A stretch of DNA of 64,000 nt, from IMG/VR virus record IMGVR_UViG_3300045988_097913; one strand, 5' to 3'. This DNA comes from a virus. Below the pieces are notes generated by a model. The model was not told the DNA's origin. It worked only from the letters and a program-made list of their open reading frames with translations, and did not search any database. The translations under genes were made by a program, and so were the position numbers. Every line of letters begins with the position of its first letter. The first letter of the stretch is position 1. This document shows, in pieces, positions 17,718 through 28,900 of the stretch.

Positions 17718-18656
17718 TTAAACTGTTAAAAGCTTTTTCCAAGTATTTTTTTGTGCTGTTAGTTCTCCATCAACTACACATCCGTGGTCTTTTTGGAATC
17801 GCTTTACAGCACTATCAAATTTAGCACCAGCAATGCCGTCAGCATTGCCACAATCATATCCAAGATAATTCAGATACTCTTGTAATGGTTTTACAACTGC
17901 GTGTCTTCTATTTTTGGTTTTGCTAACAGTGATTGTCGCTGCAATTGTTTTTCTTCCGGCAATACCGTCTGTGGTTACACAGAGAGCAGATTGAATTTGT
18001 TTGATATAGTCTTTTTGGGCTTTAATATTTGGCTGACCGCCAAAGAAAGATTCTTCAATAATTTTATCACAATCTAATCTATTGAAACCCGGAATTTTCA
18101 TTGGGTTAGAACTTGAATATTGCCATAGTACAACATTCTTTTTATAAGAATAGTCACTCGCGTAATGTGCAACCCAGACAGGATAGGGTAGCTGGCTCAT
18201 ATCCAAATTGGTTTTGAGCCAGCTAGAAGAAGCGTATATACCAGCTTGTTTGCCAGATGCAATAATGGCATCACAGAAGCCCTTCGCTGCCTCTGTTCTG
18301 GATTTAACAGAGATTGCATCTGCTCTACCATCATGCTCTTCGTTGCTAAATTCCGAATCAAACCAAATGCCAAGTGTAGCGCCTTGATAATATTCGCTGT
18401 TAATCATAGCATTAGCTTCTTCAATTCCCTCTTGCTTATTGATAGCTTGAGAGAAGAAATATAATCCATACGGAATATTATATTGTTGACATTTAAAAAC
18501 ATTGTAAGCGATACAATTATCAAGCTTTATAGCACCGTTGCCATAACCACGATATCCGAAACGAATAATAATTCCAGTCAGGTTATCTCTGAAATATTGC
18601 CATTGCGAATCAGTGATTTTACCCTGAGCATAAGAAACGTCTACAATATTTTTCAA
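17718..18656 (-). CDS. endolysin: GH25 muramidase + two PG_binding_1 repeats
   Basis: GH25 pattern VDVSYAQG...IIRFGYRG...LYFFS...WFDSE...VWVAHY. C-terminal DGIAGRKT and DGIAGAKFDSAVKRFQ peptidoglycan-binding repeats. Confidence 0.85.
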   Translation of the reverse strand: MKNIVDVSYAQGKITDSQWQYFRDNLTGIIIRFGYRGYGNGAIKLDNCIAYNVFKCQQYNIPYGLYFFSQAINKQEGIEEANAMINSEYYQGATLGIWFDSEFSNEEHDGRADAISVKSRTEAAKGFCDAIIASGKQAGIYASSSWLKTNLDMSQLPYPVWVAHYASDYSYKKNVVLWQYSSSNPMKIPGFNRLDCDKIIEESFFGGQPNIKAQKDYIKQIQSALCVTTDGIAGRKTIAATITVSKTKNRRHAVVKPLQEYLNYLGYDCGNADGIAGAKFDSAVKRFQKDHGCVVDGELTAQKNTWKKLLTV

Positions 18657-18694
18657 TAAATCACCTCATTCTTAAGTAATAATTTAATGTATTG

Positions 18695-19540
18695 TTACAA
18701 TTGAATAGTTAAGTTTAAGCCAAAAATATAATATGTGTAATCTTTTCTGTTAAGGGTAGTCCTCCACGCATCAGTATTGACGGATGCTTTAAGTTCGAGT
18801 CCAGAGTCTGTTTTACGAATTAGTGCGTTATCACTATTCCACCTTCCTTCAACCACATTTTCACCAAATTTCGCTACAAGGTCGCTACACTTTGTAAATA
18901 CATTTGGGACTCCAGCAACAGGAAGAAACGTACCAGAAAAAGAGGAATAACTACTTTCATTGGTAATGAGTTCATGTAAAATCCTATTCTTTGATGCCGT
19001 CTGTTTGCCATTGTATGTAGTATTAAGATAAATAATACCTATTGCATCGTATTGTTTAGAAACAGGAATTTGCAATGGAGTAGCGTATACATTTGCGTTA
19101 TTTCCAACATAAAAACTATCATATTCTACAGTATATGGCAAAATAGAAGAAGAAATAAAAGAAGGTTTATTTAATATATTGTCCCATTCAATTTTTTTGT
19201 TTACATCAGAAGTATTGTCTACGTTATTAAGACCGATAACATCTTTTGTTATATTTACGGTTTTAGCTTCACCACCATCATAGTTAGCAAGCTCTGTTCC
19301 ATTTCCTTGGATTGTTAAGGCGTTTGGGTTTTTGATAGAATCTGGTTTATTTGTTATTTCATTCCATGAATACACTTTATTGTTTATTAAATCTAAAAGC
19401 TCTTTGTATGCGTTGTCGATTTTTGTCCAGTTACTATTAGTGTAATCAAAAATATTGTTAAACCACTCTTTTGCAAGTACAGCAGAGTCTGCGACAGCAT
19501 TATATAATTTTAGTTTTAAATTTGTGGATTCTTTTGGCAT
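18695..19540 (-). CDS. tail fibre protein
   Basis: Contains the fibre motif IGLNNVDNTSDVNK. It sits in the distal tail gene cluster. Confidence 0.55.
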   Translation of the reverse strand: MPKESTNLKLKLYNAVADSAVLAKEWFNNIFDYTNSNWTKIDNAYKELLDLINNKVYSWNEITNKPDSIKNPNALTIQGNGTELANYDGGEAKTVNITKDVIGLNNVDNTSDVNKKIEWDNILNKPSFISSSILPYTVEYDSFYVGNNANVYATPLQIPVSKQYDAIGIIYLNTTYNGKQTASKNRILHELITNESSYSSFSGTFLPVAGVPNVFTKCSDLVAKFGENVVEGRWNSDNALIRKTDSGLELKASVNTDAWRTTLNRKDYTYYIFGLNLTIQL

Positions 19541-19555
19541 TATATCACTCCTTTT

Positions 19556-20344
19556 TTATTCTACGCGTGGCACTTTTTTATACATAATATCATAAATAGT
19601 TTTATCATTCAAAACTTCATCACCAATTGTGTTGCCTTCGCTAAGACGAGAACTAGTAAGTGTAAATTGGCCAAGAGTTTCTTGAGCATTATCGGCAACA
19701 CTAACTATATCACCAATAGTTCTTGGATAAGTATCGTAAATAATTGTTTCAGATATGGGCGGGGTTTTAAATGTGATTTTTGTTGTGGCAGTGCTCGATA
19801 CAAGAGTAACGCCAATTAAATCATTTTTAAATTTAAATGAATGTCTTAGACCGTCAACCTTAAAAATGCCAAGTGTTGTTTGTATTACATCTTTAAATTT
19901 AAGGGTAAATATTGGTTTTCCCCAATAGAACATATATGTATCTAAAATATTTGATTTAAATTTAATTCTATTTACGAATCTGCCAACAAATTGTATAACT
20001 ATAAAATTCTCTTTTATTATAGCGCTAAAATTAAATTTTAGCAACAAGTCGCGTAGCCATGCGTAAGATACATCCAAGTCTGGTATTTTGATTACAATTG
20101 GTGCAATATAGTGGTTTGGTAAATACTCTATCACTTTATCTGTTAGAAGAATTTCATCAACTGGCTTTATTATTGTCATATTAGAATCAGCTGATTCTTT
20201 TACTTTAGCGTATTTTTTTTCACTATATAGAGACATATTTTTATCTCTATCACATATTTTTATTTTAATAGGTAATAGATTGATTTTTTCTTGGTTTTTA
20301 AAATCGAAAAGTTTTATTTTGATTGGAGGTAACAATTTAAACAC
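19556..20344 (-). CDS. hypothetical structural protein
   Basis: 262-aa ORF in the tail cluster. The start is uncertain (TTG 20335 fits the GGAGGTG spacing better). Confidence 0.5.
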   Translation of the reverse strand: MFKLLPPIKIKLFDFKNQEKINLLPIKIKICDRDKNMSLYSEKKYAKVKESADSNMTIIKPVDEILLTDKVIEYLPNHYIAPIVIKIPDLDVSYAWLRDLLLKFNFSAIIKENFIVIQFVGRFVNRIKFKSNILDTYMFYWGKPIFTLKFKDVIQTTLGIFKVDGLRHSFKFKNDLIGVTLVSSTATTKITFKTPPISETIIYDTYPRTIGDIVSVADNAQETLGQFTLTSSRLSEGNTIGDEVLNDKTIYDIMYKKVPRVE

Positions 20345-20355
20345 CTCCGTTATCG

Positions 20356-20784
20356 TTACGCATTTTCTAGGGAGAAGATTGCTCCACCGGCTTTAATAAT
20401 AAGTTGAGAGTTTACGGTTAGGACTCTTGCATTCGCAAAGTTACCCCATATTTCACAGGATGAACCTGTTGCACTACTGGACAAAAAGAAATATGGAACA
20501 GTAATTTGATTGCCACCAGTAATTTCTGGCATACTAATAGCGATTTTGTTAGATACAAAACTAAGTGGATATAAAGAGTTATATGTTGGAACTGTAAATG
20601 TGTTTTGGTCATTTGTAAGTCTTGCCCGAGAATATCCTGCATTTGTTGGTTCTCCGTCAACCGGTATTACACCATCTGTAATAGCTTTGGTAGACAAACC
20701 AAAATACCAAACTGCCGGAGTGGTATATTCTTGTCCACCAAAAATTTCTGCATTGATTTTATTTGCAAAAGCTTTTGAAATCAT
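20356..20784 (-). CDS. hypothetical structural protein
   Basis: 142-aa ORF in the tail cluster. Confidence 0.5.
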   Translation of the reverse strand: MISKAFANKINAEIFGGQEYTTPAVWYFGLSTKAITDGVIPVDGEPTNAGYSRARLTNDQNTFTVPTYNSLYPLSFVSNKIAISMPEITGGNQITVPYFFLSSSATGSSCEIWGNFANARVLTVNSQLIIKAGGAIFSLENA

Positions 20785-20795
20785 GCTATACCTCC

Positions 20796-21230
20796 TTAAT
20801 TATAGTCGTCGATTTTCTGTTTAAAAATCAGAAAACCTTGTGCACGTCTAAATTCTTTTTGATTATTCCCATCTTCAAAATCATAATATAAAACAATTTG
20901 TTGCACATATTTACCAAATGTTAAATTGGCTGTCATTGCACTGTCAAGATTTACATAAACAATGTTTGTATCAGTGTCAATTGATACGTTTCCGTTTTGA
21001 GGGTCGTTTACGTCTGATTTAAGTTCAATAAGAGGCGCTTGATATTGTCCGTATGGACACAGTTGCCATTTAACGTATGTTTGGCTATTATTTGTTTTTC
21101 TTAATGTTATGACATCTCCGTTAAAATCTATGAATTGAAATGGAATTGTAATTGTATCTCCTTGAAAAAATTCTATATCGTCAATCTGTTGAGAAAATGA
21201 TTTAAATTGAGCAGACTCAATCCTCTCCAT
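20796..21230 (-). CDS. hypothetical structural protein
   Basis: 144-aa ORF in the tail cluster. Confidence 0.5.
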   Translation of the reverse strand: MERIESAQFKSFSQQIDDIEFFQGDTITIPFQFIDFNGDVITLRKTNNSQTYVKWQLCPYGQYQAPLIELKSDVNDPQNGNVSIDTDTNIVYVNLDSAMTANLTFGKYVQQIVLYYDFEDGNNQKEFRRAQGFLIFKQKIDDYN

Positions 21231-21519
21231 CGTCTGTCACCTCTTTTTTAATACGCTTTGGTTTTGGTTTTTGAATATCCACAGGGATAATCCCTTGATT
21301 ATTTTGTGCTTCTGCAATTGCAGAATTTGTAAATTCTTTAATCTGTTGTTCGATTGCGCTATGGATATCTTTTTCATAAGTATCAATCTTTTTTTCAAGC
21401 TCTGTAAGAGCGTCCATGCAATTTGCTAAAGTTCTTAGATTGCTATAACCAGATACAGAAATAGCATTTAGAGCTTGTTTAATTTTTTCTGCTAAAGAAA
21501 TCAATTCTTCCTTATCCAT
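21217..21519 (-). CDS. hypothetical coiled-coil protein
   Basis: 100-aa helical ORF downstream of Tal. Confidence 0.5.
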   Translation of the reverse strand: MDKEELISLAEKIKQALNAISVSGYSNLRTLANCMDALTELEKKIDTYEKDIHSAIEQQIKEFTNSAIAEAQNNQGIIPVDIQKPKPKRIKKEVTDDGED

Positions 21520-21530
21520 ATTTACTCCTT

Positions 21531-24500
21531 TTATCCTTTGGTAAGAACCGTATAATTCTTACCATCAATTGTTATAGTTTGCCAAGACAACGTATCGTTT
21601 TCAGAAATAACAAATTTGCTATGAATATCTGATTTAGAATAATAATTTTGTGTCAAAGATGCTTGGGAGACAAACTTACTATCCGATTGCGTAGATGTAT
21701 AATAATCTGACATATCAGATTTTAACTGATACGCTTCCAACTCTTTTTTTGTGTCATTCCATGTTTTATAATCATCTAAAGCGATTTTATTGATATAGAG
21801 ATTATCTAATGTCTTATTATTTTTAACAATTTGTTCAGAAACATAAGATGTTAAATGGTTTTCATATACAATATTATATCCAGCTTTATATATATCATTT
21901 AACATTGTATCAATAGTTCTTCTGGAATAATAATTCCAAATTCCACGCCATCCGTCTGTATCTTTTCTGCCAACTAGATTTAAGATAGCAATGTATGGGC
22001 CAACCCAGAAAAATTGTAAAAGTGCCCATGCGGCTTCAAAAAACCCGCCAGATAAACCTTCACCGGCATCCTCCACAACGCCGTCTTTGCCGGATGGCGG
22101 TATAGGGTTTGACGGTTTTGGAACTTCTGTGCCACCGAGGTTAAGTCCAGAAACTTTCATGTGACCATCTGCTGTTAATTCAAATATCGGGTCTCCGTTA
22201 TCATCTTTTACAATAGAAGCCATTGTACCATTATTTCCGTCTATAATATATCCAACAGTAGTTCCGTTACCTACTGTTATAATACCGCCATTAATTGTTA
22301 AATTTCCGTTTCCGTCAACTTGGAAAACATCTTTATCACCAGAGCCGGTTCTTTTAATAATATCAATACCAGCGTCAGGGCTTAATCTAATCTCCATAGA
22401 ATCATTGCTAATAACCATACCGCCTTCATCTACGATAAAATTATTAGCGCTATTAGAGATGATTAAATTATTACCCATAATGAGTTTGCCGACAATACTA
22501 TCAGCAATTAATCCCCAAGAGTCTTTGCCTTCTTCGTCTGTAATTTTTCCAAAGACAGCTTTTGTAGTAGCCCATCCGTCATCTGTAAAACAAATTTTAT
22601 TATTTGTAATCCATAGTTGCTCTGGACTAAAACCATTTACATTATTATCTTCACTGGATTTCTTTCTACCTTTAATACCGTAACTACCAAATGTAAAGTC
22701 ATTATCTGTTGTTGCTTTGATAGATTGGTTAGCAGCAATCAAAGCAGTTTTAGTATATCTTGTAACGCTATCAATCGTTCCGTTTGTAACAGGTTGAGAA
22801 ACGGCTGTGAGTAAAGAGCCAACGCTAGAAACTGCACTGGTAGTTTCGTTGTGAAGCTCAGCAAACGTATAAACATCATTAGAGATTCTAAACCTATTAC
22901 CAAATGTCATTGAAAAATTATCTGGGTCATCATAATTGATTTCCATTTCTTGTAAATATGGATATACCCAGTTATCATCTTCCAATTGGATATTTAAGAT
23001 AGAACCAAATAGATTACCTTTCTTTTTTTCGATAGAAGTTAGTTGGTCAATAAATGGTTTGAATTTTTCTATAAATAAAAAGTTGGTACTTTCTAATTCA
23101 AAAGAAAACCTTGGTTGACTAACCACCTTTAGTTTTTTATAACCAGCATCTACGAGTTGTTGTGCAACATAGATGTCATCCATAATAACATCATCTTGCT
23201 TTAATTCGGCAATAGTTTTAACTACGATATTACCAGATGCCTCAACAACTTGAACTTTCGTAGATTCATCAGAATAATCTTTTGTCTGCATACCATCTGT
23301 TACGATAAATGTATCATCAGAAAAACTGCCCTCAATAAGGAACGGGTCTAGTTCTAGTTTCTCTGCATCTGTGAAATATGAGTCAAAAGAATACTGGGCT
23401 ACAATCTTATCTCTTTCTTTTTGAATTGCTTCAATTTCTTTCGTTAGAGCATCAATAGAATAAATAGTTTCAGTTCCGCTTGGTGTTATCTCGTGATTTT
23501 TTACTTCTTTTGCTACGCCTTTACCATTTGCTATAAGTGTTGCATTTGATGCAACGTTATAGTCTGCGTTGATTGGATTCTCTTCACTTGAAGTTAAAAC
23601 AAAATCTTCTTTTCTGGCAGAGTATAATTTCCCACCTGTTTTAAGAATATTTAAGTTAGCTTCACAAGCTTGAGAATAATTTTTCCAGTACGCATATCTT
23701 GTTACAGTATGAGTATCGTCTGTCGTGTAGGTCGCAACTTGGTAGTAATCTACTATGGTATACCCATTCTTTTTTGCTTCACCGTAAGTAACATATCCCT
23801 GCTTTTCTATGAGAAGTGGTGTCCATTTGGCGTAAACGAGAAGTTTGTCAACTTCTGAATACTCTGTATACAAAGACATATTTTGTTGTGCTGTATCATA
23901 ATATGTCTGCATTTGGTTTAGAGCTGCTTGTTGGGTTAGGAGTAAAAGATTAAATCTCTTCTGTAAAGAAGTCCAACTACCATAAGAAGTCTCACTCTTA
24001 TCATAGATTGCTTCTTTACTTGCCTTTTCCCAATCAAGAACCTTCCTCTTTAAATCATTATTCGTAATCCATTCATTATAGTTTTCATAATAATTGGTTG
24101 CGTTTTCATCAAGAACACCAGTGTAATAATCAAGACAGAAAAGTTTCTTTGTACCATTTGGATTGACCTTAGCAATAGTTAAATTTTCTGCACCGGAAAC
24201 ATTGATAACTGTATAAATATCATCGGATAGTTCGCTTACAGTTGCGTTTTTTACAAGGTTATCAAAACTTAAAACGATATTTGTGTTTTTAATAACTTCC
24301 GTTGTATCATAAGCGTTAATGGTATAGTTTTCGTTATCAAATACAAATAAAGCCTCGTAAGATTGGGAAACTTCGTTCGTTAGAAACCCGTACAGTCCTT
24401 TATCTGTTTGGCTAAAAGAACGAGATTTAGATTTAAGAGAATCGCTTACATATCCAATAGACCACTGTGGGGCAATCGCAACTAATTGATGCAACAATGA

Positions 24501-24971
24501 TTTTTCTGGTTGTTGCTCTCTATAAAAAAAGTAATTACTAGTAATTACTTTTGTGTTGTCTACATTCCCGTCATCGTTATCAGTTTTATTATTTTCTATA
24601 TATGTATCTTTTACGGTTGTTACAAACGTAAGATTAATTCCTTTGTTATTTAACAAATATTCTGCCGAATATGCAGTAATAGTTTTATTTGGAACTTTAT
24701 CTTCAAAAGATTCTTCGTCGTTTACAATAGTAAAATAACCAAACCCATCAATATGCAAAAGCTTGCTTTTTTTAACTTTATCATAAAATGGGTTTTTCTT
24801 GCTGTCTATTTTTTTATAAATTTTAAAGCTGGCTTCTGAACAAGACCCCCATTTAGGAGAAATTACTAATTCAGAAATATTTGATAGAATATTAGTTACT
24901 TTTTTATTTGGTCTACATAATTCTATAAGAGGATATTCATACCTCTTATTTAAATCAAAAGTAAAATTAAT
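21531..24971 (-). CDS. tail-associated protein (Tal / phage minor structural protein)
   Basis: More than 1000 aa, immediately after Dit. The track ORF starts at TTG 24758, but the same frame is open and protein-like for 71 more codons up to ATT 24971. Confidence 0.7.
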   Translation of the reverse strand: MNFTFDLNKRYEYPLIELCRPNKKVTNILSNISELVISPKWGSCSEASFKIYKKIDSKKNPFYDKVKKSKLLHIDGFGYFTIVNDEESFEDKVPNKTITAYSAEYLLNNKGINLTFVTTVKDTYIENNKTDNDDGNVDNTKVITSNYFFYREQQPEKSLLHQLVAIAPQWSIGYVSDSLKSKSRSFSQTDKGLYGFLTNEVSQSYEALFVFDNENYTINAYDTTEVIKNTNIVLSFDNLVKNATVSELSDDIYTVINVSGAENLTIAKVNPNGTKKLFCLDYYTGVLDENATNYYENYNEWITNNDLKRKVLDWEKASKEAIYDKSETSYGSWTSLQKRFNLLLLTQQAALNQMQTYYDTAQQNMSLYTEYSEVDKLLVYAKWTPLLIEKQGYVTYGEAKKNGYTIVDYYQVATYTTDDTHTVTRYAYWKNYSQACEANLNILKTGGKLYSARKEDFVLTSSEENPINADYNVASNATLIANGKGVAKEVKNHEITPSGTETIYSIDALTKEIEAIQKERDKIVAQYSFDSYFTDAEKLELDPFLIEGSFSDDTFIVTDGMQTKDYSDESTKVQVVEASGNIVVKTIAELKQDDVIMDDIYVAQQLVDAGYKKLKVVSQPRFSFELESTNFLFIEKFKPFIDQLTSIEKKKGNLFGSILNIQLEDDNWVYPYLQEMEINYDDPDNFSMTFGNRFRISNDVYTFAELHNETTSAVSSVGSLLTAVSQPVTNGTIDSVTRYTKTALIAANQSIKATTDNDFTFGSYGIKGRKKSSEDNNVNGFSPEQLWITNNKICFTDDGWATTKAVFGKITDEEGKDSWGLIADSIVGKLIMGNNLIISNSANNFIVDEGGMVISNDSMEIRLSPDAGIDIIKRTGSGDKDVFQVDGNGNLTINGGIITVGNGTTVGYIIDGNNGTMASIVKDDNGDPIFELTADGHMKVSGLNLGGTEVPKPSNPIPPSGKDGVVEDAGEGLSGGFFEAAWALLQFFWVGPYIAILNLVGRKDTDGWRGIWNYYSRRTIDTMLNDIYKAGYNIVYENHLTSYVSEQIVKNNKTLDNLYINKIALDDYKTWNDTKKELEAYQLKSDMSDYYTSTQSDSKFVSQASLTQNYYSKSDIHSKFVISENDTLSWQTITIDGKNYTVLTKG

Positions 24972-25896
24972 AGTAACTCCCCCCTAATCGTTTAGCGCTT
25001 TGATAAATAATATACATATAATCGGCAACGCCGTAAACGGAAATTGTATTCATACCGCGAGGAATTTTTAAGAATTTCTTATTAAATTTTGTAAATATTT
25101 CTTCATTTGGGTTTCCATTTAATGTCATAATACAGCTATCGTTATCAAGGTATACAACATCGTTTGCCAATAATCCAGTAAAATTTGTTGTTACATTATA
25201 GTCTAATGATTTTGAAATATATGTTACTGGTAGATTGTTCATTTTACAATATGATACGCATTGATTATATGTTGAATTATTTAACAAAATAGTATTGTCA
25301 ATAGAGACCATGTATTTCCCTTCGCTATAATGTTTTACATTAATGCTAAAATTTCCATTATTAGCCATGTGGAATTTTAGTATAGGTTTCATAAGTTCAT
25401 AGTCGTCTGAGTAGTTTTCAAAAATAATTTTATCTGTTTTTGTTACATCTGGATTTAAAATGTATTTCTGGATTCTCTCAAATTCATGAGCGTATGGAGC
25501 ATCACATTCAACAGTAGCAGAAACGCCACGATAACCATCTGCATAAATAAGGTCTTCATTTAAATGAATAATACAGTTGTAATAAAACCTATCAAAATTA
25601 TCTGCACAAATTTGTAGTTGCTCATAACCAACAGGAGCGGTTAACCAATTTTTTAGGTCTGTCAATTCATAAATGTCAACTGCTTGGTCGTAAACTATTT
25701 CAATATCAAATTGTAGTACATCGTTATATTCTGTATCAAGATATTGTTTTGTTGGTTTTCTTCTGATTGATGCTGTAACCAAACTCTTGTCGCAACCAGA
25801 AGGTCTATTGGTATAAGAGTTGTCAATAAACACCAAAGAAACATTGCGCAACTCGCTTTGAACGCCGTTGAAAATAAAAGGGTATCCCATCGGCAT
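24967..25896 (-). CDS. distal tail protein (Dit)
   Basis: 309 aa, immediately downstream of the tape measure gene (canonical position). RBS is GGAAGGTG. Confidence 0.65.
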   Translation of the reverse strand: MPMGYPFIFNGVQSELRNVSLVFIDNSYTNRPSGCDKSLVTASIRRKPTKQYLDTEYNDVLQFDIEIVYDQAVDIYELTDLKNWLTAPVGYEQLQICADNFDRFYYNCIIHLNEDLIYADGYRGVSATVECDAPYAHEFERIQKYILNPDVTKTDKIIFENYSDDYELMKPILKFHMANNGNFSINVKHYSEGKYMVSIDNTILLNNSTYNQCVSYCKMNNLPVTYISKSLDYNVTTNFTGLLANDVVYLDNDSCIMTLNGNPNEEIFTKFNKKFLKIPRGMNTISVYGVADYMYIIYQSAKRLGGSYY

Positions 25897-25968
25897 TAAT
25901 AATCACCTTCCTTATAAAATAACGCCGACTTGTTAAGCACGCTTAATAGTATCGGCAATTTAACAAAA

Positions 25969-28900
25969 TTATATTGTTGCTGCTTTTATGTTTTTATAAC
26001 CACCAAGTCTAGTTTGGTTATTAATTGTTCTAAGGACTTTGTTTACAATATTATCTGCCTCTTTCTTCAAGGAGTTTACAGTAGAAGCATCTGCATCACC
26101 CTGAATGTTAATCGGCATAGAGATATTGATAGAAGAGTTATCGGAGCTAGAATATGTTCTGGTGTTCACTCTTGTGGATTTAACAGCAGTATCCACAGCG
26201 CTACCGAATGGACTACCTGTAAATCTATTGCTACTAGAGGATGGTGTTGCATTGTTTGCCCATGTAGGAACAACTGCTTCACCAACTTTTAGAATAGATA
26301 CAGTTTCGTCATTACCAAGCCCCAGCATTTTATCAAGCATTGGGTTCTGCTTCTTAACGTAATCAGAACCAGAGTGGTGCTTACCAAATATTGCCTTACC
26401 AATACGATATAAGCCATACCCGGGAATCATCATCTTGGTAAAATTAAGCAGTGTACCACCTAGTTTTTGACCAAAATTCTTGTCTCTGTTTTTCCATAAT
26501 GCTATCGTATCTTTCCAATAAGTACCTACTGAGCCAATTGCGTTAGCACCGCCAATAACAACAACTCCCGCAGTACCAAGAGTACCTAGTAATCCAGCAC
26601 CGCCAGCAGCAGTAGCAGCTGCGCCGCCAGCGGCGGCTCCGGTTGCACCAGCAGTTCCTCCAATACCAAGTAAACTACCGATTCCTTTTCCAAGAGATGT
26701 AACGATACCACCTATACCGGATAAGAGTTTGCTTCCTCCTTGTATAACCATGCTTACAACTTGGCTTGCAACATTACCTAAATTAGATATAATCCCGCTA
26801 CCAATGTTCCCAAGAGAGCCAAGTGAATTTATACCATACTGAGTTAATCGCTGAATAAATCCAACGCCACTATTAAATACGGTGTTTATTCCATTTAAGA
26901 CAACAGAACTAATTCCTTTTGCTCCATTTGCAAATTTTTGGATTATGCCTCCACCAGACGATGCCATATCATTTATGACCTTACTAAAGGTTTTGCCTGT
27001 ATTTGCAAATGATTTTTCGGTTGCTTTGCCAATATCTTTTAGGCTCTTATAAGCTTTCTTAATATCCCCTGTTACATCAGAATCTATCCCAGAACCAAAT
27101 AGTTTATTGTATCCTGTGAGCAATTTTGTTACAGTATCGCTACCGGTATTAATTAGTGCTTTGCTAATTAAATTTTTAACTAGGTCACTACTAAGAATTT
27201 TAATAAATGTATTGAAACCATTTTCGATATTTCCTAGAGTAGTCTCAAATTGTTTCTGAGCATCTTGCAAAGTTTGTTTTTGCGCTTCTATAGCTTTCTT
27301 TTCTGCTTCTATTGTCTTTTCATATTCTGATTTTTCTTTATCAAGAGCATCAATTTTTATATCGTAGTCGTTATCCTTTTGCCAATCAGAAAGGTCTTTT
27401 TCTTTTTGTGCTCTTTCATCAAGAAGTTTTAAACGCTTGGCTTGTGCTTCTGCTGAGTCGTCATATTGCAGTTCCATCAATTGAGCATCAATATCCGCAA
27501 TAGATTTATTCTTTTCGGCAAGTTCATCAGCGTTATCCATCTCTTCTTTTTGAAGTTTTAGGAGTTCTTTTTGCTGGTCAATTTTGTCTTCAAAAGCATC
27601 TTTTTGGTCATCGAGTTCATCAGAAATCTTATCAAGGTTATCAATCTGAGCATCATATCTGTCAGAAATCTTACCTAACATATCAAACAGGAAATCACCT
27701 GCTTTTTCAAGCAAGTCGATTGCCGTATCAATCATATCTTCGATTTCATCTTGTAATGCTTTGATATTCTTAGAAGCGTCATCATATAGGTCTTGTTGGG
27801 CATCATCAAGTGTACCAGTAGACTTTAGTAAGGCGTTTATAACAGCTTCCACCTGTTTTTCTACTGATTCTCCGCTAATATCACCAAGGTTTAACGCTTC
27901 TGCCATAGCAGCTCTGTAATCTGCGTCATTGGTGATTTTGTCAATAAACTTCTGATAATCAGCTTTTGCTGCATTCAGTGCTTCGTCAGAACTCCAAGCG
28001 CCATAAATACCATTTTTATATTTTTCTATAACAGCCTTAGCAGAACTTAAATCTTCTTTAGCTAGATTCTTTAGAAGTTTTTGGTACGATTCTTGAATCG
28101 TACCAGCTTGTTTTTGCCATAGCGTTGTTAGCTCTTGAATTTGTTTTTCAACTGGCATATTGCTTATATCAAGATTAAACGCATCAGCTAGAACTTTTCT
28201 GGCTTTTGGGTCGTTTATAACTTCATTTAAGATTTTGTCATATCTGTCTTGGAACTCTTTGACGACAGTTGGGTCATCCCAGTTAGCATTCTCAGAATAC
28301 AGCTGTACAATACTCTTTAGGTTTTGAACTTTTTCTTTGATTGCACTTTCAAATTCTTTTGCAGCTTTATCAGCGGCAGATGTACCAGAAGAGCCAGATT
28401 TCCCGGAAGACTTGCTTTTTGGAGGTGTATAAGTTAGTCCAGCTTTTTGTAATTTGGTTAAAGCATCTAATTGCTCTTGTAAATCGTCCTTGGTCTCTTG
28501 CGCTTGCTTTCCTTGTTGCTCAAGATAATATTTTGTTTTTTGCTGTCCACGATATGTGTCCAAATCCGTCGCAGAGACCTTTTCTCCTGCGTCTATTCTT
28601 TTTTGGATAAGCTTACCAAGAGCAATCATTTCTTGCTCTATTGCTTTTATTCTTTTTTTTGTTTCATCAATCACAGACTGCGTTTGTGTTATTTGTTGTT
28701 TTTTTGTTTCAATAGCTGTATTAAAATAACCATTCGATAAATCTTGAAGAGAATCAATATTTATTCTAATATGCCCATTTTCTACAGTAAGCGCACTAAC
28801 AAGAGACGGTTCTTGCTCAATTAGTTTCTGAACTGTGGCGACACTAAGTTCGCCCTTTTCTTTCATTTCGCTATATGCCGCATTTAGAATCTCTTGTTTC

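Noticed and set aside
17630-17824. Plus-strand ORF 17630..17824.
   Set aside because: It runs through the bidirectional terminator and then antisense into the endolysin gene, and it has no RBS.
26560-26700. GC-rich stretch in the tape measure 3' region, considered as foreign DNA.
   Set aside because: It encodes a Gly/Ala-rich segment (GGTAGATGAAAGGAATAAGGAG...). The composition follows from GGN/GCN codons and is typical of tape measure C-terminal regions.
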